Shown: positions 46,515 to 54,521 of the stretch, piece by piece | Numbering within the stretch: position 1 is the stretch's first letter | Layout: every line of letters starts with the position of its first letter | NCBI GenBank assembly: GCA_002687935.1 | Contig: NZBN01000002.1 | Coordinates: forward strand, 102,592-157,112 | Source of the DNA: Methanobacteriota archaeon | Lineage (GTDB): Archaea > Undinarchaeota > Undinarchaeia > Undinarchaeales > Undinarchaeaceae | DNA: 54,521 bases | Direction: 5' to 3' | Program-made: the position numbers and the translations under genes | Notes under the pieces: generated by a model | What the model was told of the DNA's origin: nothing | Seen by the model: the letters and a program-made list of their open reading frames with translations, nothing else | Databases searched by the model: none

Positions 46515-47454
46515 AGAGTACAAGATAAAGAAATTCTTTGATACTCTGGAGAGATATGAAAATGATACACATCTTCTTCCAATTGGGGAAAGAATAGAAA
46601 ATCTTCAGGAACTCAGTAGAGTTGGAAGCGTCTCGCTTGAAGTTCTCAAAGGAGAAAAAAACTGGAAAGGATATTTACGAGAAACACGAGGAAGAGGAAG
46701 GAAGTATTACAAACATTTCCCGCGGATAAAAAGATTTTTGAATATAGAAAAAGTTGCATACAGGCTTAAAAAATTTCTCTTGGAAATAGAAGAGGAACTC
46801 AAGCTAGCAAACGAGATTCTGGAGGATATGGAGCGTATTTTTTTGAAATATGGAGCAAGACTTAAGAAACGGAAAATAGAAGAAATAACTGTTCCGCCTT
46901 CTCTCAGGTCGGTAAAACTTCCTATAGGAAAACACCTGCCACAGAGCGAATTGGTAAAGAGGAACATACTGTGCCTTTCCAGTAAAGATACCGATGAGTG
47001 GTACGAGAAGGTTATAAAAAAGTTTGAGACGAATATGAGGAAAACTCATGGGAGATTTTCACTTTCTTCTTCAAAGATTCCACTGACAGATATTGAGCAT
47101 AGACACGTTAAAGAACACAAAGCCTTCGCATTCACACAATACGGAATTGCCAAAAAACTTATGACTGTAGATTATATTCAGCTTGTAATATATTACTTAA
47201 AGGGAGTAAAACCGTCAAATACAGGGTACCTTTACGCTGGCTCAAGATCACCAAGAAAAGCGAATATTCACAAAGCAGAATTATTGCTTCTGTATCATTT
47301 ATTAAAAATTGCTGAGGAAGGCAAAGTAAAGGAAATTAAAATAAGCCTGCATACAAGAAGAGAAGGGCAGGGGGAAGGAATTTTTCCTGTGTACGAGGAA
47401 GTAAAAACAGCCGCTACAGAGATAGAGGGAAATTGGGTAATTTTTAGGACCTGA
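46483..47454 (+). CDS. hypothetical basic protein
   Basis: 323-aa ORF, start uncertain. Confidence 0.6.
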   Translation: MNAKIYRKSLEEYKIKKFFDTLERYENDTHLLPIGERIENLQELSRVGSVSLEVLKGEKNWKGYLRETRGRGRKYYKHFPRIKRFLNIEKVAYRLKKFLLEIEEELKLANEILEDMERIFLKYGARLKKRKIEEITVPPSLRSVKLPIGKHLPQSELVKRNILCLSSKDTDEWYEKVIKKFETNMRKTHGRFSLSSSKIPLTDIEHRHVKEHKAFAFTQYGIAKKLMTVDYIQLVIYYLKGVKPSNTGYLYAGSRSPRKANIHKAELLLLYHLLKIAEEGKVKEIKISLHTRREGQGEGIFPVYEEVKTAATEIEGNWVIFRT

Positions 47455-47490
47455 GCAAAGCATTATAAATTATATCACTTTAGTCCAGAT

Positions 47491-47610
47491 ATGACAGGAA
47501 AGCATTATGTCTGCGAAGACTGTGAATATCAAGGAGACGGTCCCGGAGATTGTGCAAAATGTGGAAAGTCCCTGCAAGAAAAGAAAGGGGAAATCTGCGA
47601 ATTTTGCTGA
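47491..47610 (+). CDS. 39-aa six-Cys metal-binding peptide (not in ORF track)
   Basis: YVCEDC...PGDCAKCGKSL...CEFC; TTATAAA ~28 nt upstream. Confidence 0.65.
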   Translation: MTGKHYVCEDCEYQGDGPGDCAKCGKSLQEKKGEICEFC

Positions 47611-47690
47611 AGGAGCTTCACTAAAGCCAAATAAAGGCTATTCTTAATTTAAGGCGTAATTAATATAAAACTCAAATTCTTAGTGGATTT

Positions 47691-47942
47691 ATGGAAGAAA
47701 CTGAAAAAGTAACTGAGCCGACAATGTTTGTCGAGGTAGAAGTAAAGTGCAAGAACTGTAATCATCTCGACAAGGTTCACGTGCCAGTAGTTTGTGGAGT
47801 CGATAAAACAAGTAGTGACAAAACTCTGTACTGTGATTTAGCCGGAGATTTGAAAGACTATGCACCTAAGTGCACAGAATGTGGCAAAAGGGATTACGCA
47901 GTAGAGAAAGAACCTATATTTATCGGAGCAGGCGGCTCCTAA
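47691..47942 (+). CDS. small zinc-ribbon protein
   Basis: CKNC...CTECG plus two further Cys. Confidence 0.7.
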   Translation: MEETEKVTEPTMFVEVEVKCKNCNHLDKVHVPVVCGVDKTSSDKTLYCDLAGDLKDYAPKCTECGKRDYAVEKEPIFIGAGGS

Positions 47943-48370
47943 TCCCGAACTATAAGAGTTCCACTCATTCCGCCGTGACCAGAGCCACAGAATACTGAGC
48001 AACGGAATGTGAACTCCCCAGATTTGTCAGCGATAAATTCGACACTTAGTGTTTCTCCGGAAGGAATTTGCTCATTTACACCAAAATCGGGCAGACTGAA
48101 ACCGTGTGTTGTGTCCTCACTTGTTATTGTGAGACGAACTGTATCTCCTTTCTTGATGGTTATTTCTCCGGGGGTGAAACTAAACTTCTTTGCAGTCAGT
48201 GAAAACTCTTTTACTTCTCCTTGGAAAGTTGCTTCTTCAGACGGTGAATCTGAAACAGGCGCAACTTCTTGTATATTTTGAGTACTTTGTGACTCCGTCG
48301 AAGAGCCAGTACATCCGCTTACAATAAGTACAATAGAAAGAATAAGAACCATTAATATTTTATTTGCCAT
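47939..48370 (-). CDS. cupredoxin-domain lipoprotein (CuA-like ligand set)
   Basis: VSGC; HGF...CSVFCGSGHGGM; ATG 48370 (the longer track start overlaps L40e). Confidence 0.9.
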   Translation of the reverse strand: MANKILMVLILSIVLIVSGCTGSSTESQSTQNIQEVAPVSDSPSEEATFQGEVKEFSLTAKKFSFTPGEITIKKGDTVRLTITSEDTTHGFSLPDFGVNEQIPSGETLSVEFIADKSGEFTFRCSVFCGSGHGGMSGTLIVRD

Positions 48371-48405
48371 AAATTTTGAAATACAGCATAGGTTTAGATA
48401 ATTAA

Positions 48406-48573
48406 CTACTTGTTCCCGCGCTTCTTTGGCCTTAATTGCTTTCTCTTGCATTCCCTGCACTTTGCCTTTCCAAGCCTGAAGCGTCTTATATCAACACGGT
48501 TAGTTGCATTGCAATTCATGCATATGTAGACATTGTCAAAAAGGGCTTTCATAGCCTCTGGGAACTTTGCCAT
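48406..48573 (-). CDS. rpl40e: 50S ribosomal protein L40e (not in ORF track)
   Basis: MAKFPEA...ICMNCNATN...CRECK..LRPKK. Confidence 0.92.
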   Translation of the reverse strand: MAKFPEAMKALFDNVYICMNCNATNRVDIRRFRLGKAKCRECKRKQLRPKKRGNK

Positions 48574-48616
48574 AACTCTATTTTACTGTAAGAGGAGCCT
48601 TTTAAAGCTTTCTGAC

Positions 48617-51051
<2,435 letters not shown>

Positions 51052-51111
51052 CTATAAGATGCCTACAAACAAAACTACCACTCCCACGCATATAATTAAG
51101 AGTTCAGAGAG

Positions 51112-52605
51112 CTATTTAAGTTTAGTGGCTTTTCTGTTGAAAGGAAGTGACATTATAGATTTGAAAAGGTCTTTTTCCTTCCTGTTAAAAACACCGATTA
51201 CATATGCTGAAGCCCCAAACACTGCACAGCCAAGTAAGATTGTCAGAAGTTTTGAAACTACATTAACAGGGTGTATGAAAGCGATAGATAGTGCCATTAT
51301 TCCTGCAGAAACAAGTATGTGTGGAATTTTCATATACTTATAGTCAAATCTTACCAAGGTCCTCGAAGGATAAAAGACCAAGACCGCTATTACGAAATAG
51401 CTGATTACTGTCGCAATCGCAGCACCATGCATTCCATAGAGAGGTATCAGAAACAAGTTAAATGCTATATTGAGAAGAGCTCCAAAGGTATATGCAAGAC
51501 CTATAAATTTCGTCCTGCCATTTATCATCAAAACATTGGTTCCGATTGCTCCGATAAGAGCGAATAGAGGGAAGGCCATCAGACTTGCAACAAGCGGTAC
51601 AGAGGCGAGGAAGGCTTTTCCGGAAAGAAGTGTTATAAGTTCAGAACCGAGTAGGTAAGCTCCGACAGTTCCAGGAACGAGAACGAGAAGTCCATATTTC
51701 AGCGCAGCACTTACATAGAGGGCATATTTTTTCCCATTTGTAACTCTACTCTCAGAAAAATAAGGGAGAAGAACATTATTGGGAGCATTTCCGAGATTGA
51801 ATATCAGACTGAAAAGCGCATAAGGAACTGCATAGAGTCCGACGAGCTCAACTGAGCCAAGATAATTCAGTATGTATCTGTCACTCGTCATTATGACCCA
51901 GGTCATAACAGACATCAGTATCAGAGGCATACCGAAAAGGAAACCTTGTTTTGCAGCGCCAAAATTAATTCCACCATCTCCGATAAATAAAGCAATATCT
52001 GAACGGCTTTCCCATATAAAGATAAAAAGTACAGCCAGATTAGAGAAGAGCCATATCATAAGGACATCTGTCAAAGAAATAGACCTGTATACGGCAAAGA
52101 AAGCCAAGAGGAAAACAACCCATCCTTTTCCTCGCATAAAACCCAGAAAATTTGAGAAATTTATTCTTTGTTTTGCCTTGAAATAGAATTCATATACAAC
52201 AATAAGAGTTGCAGTGAAGGTGATGAAAAGACTGAGTGAGAATAGTTCGGAATGCCCGCTCAGTTTGTTAAATTCAAGGAACCAGGACCGGAGAGGAGTA
52301 AAATAGAAGACCAGCAGAACCGAAGATAGGAAAAGAAGTTCAAACGCCAGAATTGAATGAAAAACCTGTGACCACTTCTTTTTTGGCAGTTCCGGAAGAC
52401 GCGCGACAAGATATTGAGACAATCCCGGCTGAAGCAAAAGAGAAAGCAGGGAAATTAGAGCAACAAGGAGCATGAAAACTCCATAGAGCTCAACCCCAAG
52501 TGTCCTTGTTAAAAGGATTATTAAAATTGGACTTAGAACAAGATTGAGAGCTATGATAAAATAGGAAAAGGCAACTTCTCCGCTTATTTTTTGGGATTTA
52601 CTCAT
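51112..52605 (-). CDS. oligosaccharide flippase (Wzx/MATE-like)
   Basis: many TMs, LG.E.YG, DRYIL, LIPLYGMHGAAIAT. Confidence 0.88.
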   Translation of the reverse strand: MSKSQKISGEVAFSYFIIALNLVLSPILIILLTRTLGVELYGVFMLLVALISLLSLLLQPGLSQYLVARLPELPKKKWSQVFHSILAFELLFLSSVLLVFYFTPLRSWFLEFNKLSGHSELFSLSLFITFTATLIVVYEFYFKAKQRINFSNFLGFMRGKGWVVFLLAFFAVYRSISLTDVLMIWLFSNLAVLFIFIWESRSDIALFIGDGGINFGAAKQGFLFGMPLILMSVMTWVIMTSDRYILNYLGSVELVGLYAVPYALFSLIFNLGNAPNNVLLPYFSESRVTNGKKYALYVSAALKYGLLVLVPGTVGAYLLGSELITLLSGKAFLASVPLVASLMAFPLFALIGAIGTNVLMINGRTKFIGLAYTFGALLNIAFNLFLIPLYGMHGAAIATVISYFVIAVLVFYPSRTLVRFDYKYMKIPHILVSAGIMALSIAFIHPVNVVSKLLTILLGCAVFGASAYVIGVFNRKEKDLFKSIMSLPFNRKATKLK

Positions 52606-52682
52606 CGCAAATTGTTAAGGAAGCGTAGTATAAAAATGATAGGATACCGTAGCCTCGCGGGATTTCGTTTAAAATATTTAGG

Positions 52683-53810
52683 ATGCCACATATCAATATG
52701 AAGCTAGTGTTATTGTTGCTACTCGCCATTGTTGCAGTCAGTGGCTGTATATCTTATTCAGAAGATATTGAAAATGCAGAGCAAGAAATTGCCTTAGTCC
52801 TTGAAGAAATTGACATCAGTATAGATGTAGGTTCTTGTTGGAAAACAGAGGAAAGTTTGGAAGTAAGTTATTTTGGAAAGTACGCAATTATTGAAGAGGA
52901 AATAAACCTATATTTTAAAGGAGAGCCTGCGAACAACAATTATATTGATATTCTTGAAAAGGAGGAGAGATTGGAAAATATACTGCTCAAAGAGATAGCA
53001 AAGAAAGGATTTTTTGGATTGGGGCTAAAAAAAGACTATGAGATATATGGAAAGACTGAACATTATATTGACCTGGAACAGGGGAAATTTGTAACAAAGT
53101 CAGGAGAATTTTTAGAAAATAGCCCAAAGAAAGGTGAATTAGGAAAGGAAGATTGGAGACCTATGTTCTCCCTACTTCTTGGATGTTATGATCTTTCAGA
53201 ATGTTCTCCGAAAAGAAACGCAAGGTGCGTAGATGCACTTTTGAATGATAGTTTCTTTGTAAACAAACTTGAAATTATTGAGCCAAATTATAAAAAAATA
53301 TTAAATAAGCCATTTGGATGTTGGACAGATGACGAATGCAAAGGAGGAGAGACCTGCATAAGCAGGGCAGATTCTATGTGGCTTTATGGAAAGTGTAAGG
53401 AAATAAAAAAACAAAGAGGAATAAGAAATCCTGTTAAAGGTCAGAGTAAAATTGAAGAATGGATATACAGCACCGGAGAGCTCACAGCAAACAGTATGCC
53501 TTTGCTTGAACTCTATGTAGATGACAGAGATATAATTGAATGTGACTCACTTGAAAATCAGACTTCGGCAGAAAGGCTTTATTGTGGAATTGCCCGCTTT
53601 GCAGGAGTATACGACGTACTTGGAACCACCCTATCTGTCCTTACACTTGGGCACAGCACAGGTCCTGTCGAACTCATCGACGGACTCCTATCTAAAATAA
53701 AGATATTTACAAAACAACGCGCTAAGCAGAGCAGAAGTCATCAGAATCAAACTAAGAGCAATCATAACTTTCAGAATTATCGAAAAACCCTGCAATTTCA
53801 TAATGTGTAG
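52683..53810 (+). CDS. hypothetical lipoprotein with a Cys-rich module
   Basis: VSGC lipobox; CWTDDECKGGETC...GKC. Confidence 0.65.
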   Translation: MPHINMKLVLLLLLAIVAVSGCISYSEDIENAEQEIALVLEEIDISIDVGSCWKTEESLEVSYFGKYAIIEEEINLYFKGEPANNNYIDILEKEERLENILLKEIAKKGFFGLGLKKDYEIYGKTEHYIDLEQGKFVTKSGEFLENSPKKGELGKEDWRPMFSLLLGCYDLSECSPKRNARCVDALLNDSFFVNKLEIIEPNYKKILNKPFGCWTDDECKGGETCISRADSMWLYGKCKEIKKQRGIRNPVKGQSKIEEWIYSTGELTANSMPLLELYVDDRDIIECDSLENQTSAERLYCGIARFAGVYDVLGTTLSVLTLGHSTGPVELIDGLLSKIKIFTKQRAKQSRSHQNQTKSNHNFQNYRKTLQFHNV

Positions 53811-54390
53811 AGAAGTCGCACCCTTCCTCAATACATCTGTAAATTGAGAACATATCATTTGTAGTTGGATCCAGCTGTAGCCAGTATCCATCTATATTTA
53901 CAGACACCCATGCATGACTGTAATCATCGATTTCATTTCCATAAACAACATAAGATTCGAAACCTGCTCCCTTAAGAAGGGAAACAAGAGCAACTGATTT
54001 GTCAGCACAGTCTCCATCCATAGACTTTAAAATATCCTCTGTTTCTCTCCACTCTGAATATCGTACGTAGGGCATGTTTGAAATATAGTCAAACATACCT
54101 TCCACATTCTCCATCTGAGAGCCTGTTGATAGTTCAGATGCGACCATTAATGCAGTTGGTCCTGAAAGATGGATATTTTTTGTTCTTGAGCGGAATATGC
54201 CGCCAGACTCACAGTCCTCTGTCTGTTCAAGATAAAGTGAACTAAAGGCCTCTTTGTTTGCAGACCATTCATATTCCGCTTCTGATACTGAATTTGTAAT
54301 TGGTGCTATAGCTGCCGATTTCTCCACAGAAATTCCAAAAAACAACATAGGAGCTACCAATAAAGCGACGATTAACAGTATATTCTTCAT
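53752..54390 (-). CDS. secreted transglutaminase-like (Cys-His-Asp) protein
   Basis: signal peptide, GDCADK, HAWV, LDPT. Confidence 0.85.
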   Translation of the reverse strand: MKNILLIVALLVAPMLFFGISVEKSAAIAPITNSVSEAEYEWSANKEAFSSLYLEQTEDCESGGIFRSRTKNIHLSGPTALMVASELSTGSQMENVEGMFDYISNMPYVRYSEWRETEDILKSMDGDCADKSVALVSLLKGAGFESYVVYGNEIDDYSHAWVSVNIDGYWLQLDPTTNDMFSIYRCIEEGCDFSTHYEIAGFFDNSESYDCS

Positions 54391-54521
54391 TTGTTACTAC
54401 TCCAGAGTGATTAATACCTTATAAGCATTTCTATAAAGGAAAAATAGAAGAAAATTATTCCAAAAACTCAAGAGAATCCACAGTTCCGTCGGAGTCGGCA
54501 TCTATGCCCTCTACGACTTTT

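Noticed and set aside
48371-48460. N-terminal extension of the cupredoxin ORF
   Set aside because: It overlaps L40e; the signal peptide begins at ATG 48370
53752-53810. 59-bp convergent overlap as a toxin-antitoxin or antisense system
   Set aside because: Most simply stop-codon run-on in a compact genome; no supporting motifs

Overview
54.5 kb of an AT-rich archaeal chromosome. The marker genes (S13-S4-S11-RpoD, TFB, Gar1, S8e, L37e, L40e, S19e, Rpp21, Trm1), compact packing and many orphans suggest a small-genome DPANN-like lineage; this assignment is inference. Most of the window is housekeeping, including four tRNAs: Lys-CTT, intron-containing Met-CAT, Thr-TGT and Cys-GCA. The standout is an ~8.2 kb ribonucleotide-reductase locus (6900-15114). 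A TrmB-type regulator is transcribed divergently from a class III (NrdD)-derived protein that keeps its ATP-cone and barrel but has lost the finger-loop cysteines, the Zn site and the glycyl-radical loop. That protein is translationally coupled to an ATP-cone-less class II NrdJ. Downstream come a stand-alone Cys-rich NrdJ tail protein, a second NrdJ (ATP-cone, NPCxE changed to SPCGE) and a cobalamin adenosyltransferase. Other oddities are an unannotated C4-H-C3 (PHD-like) microprotein coupled to Rpp21, a tRNA-Met intron antisense to its own anticodon with C/D-box geometry, a duplicated tRNA-Thr 5' end with island scars, an SLH-like domain in an archaeal secreted protein, and a large surface protein fused to a cytoplasmic wHTH. 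All calls come from reading motifs by eye; no searches were run.
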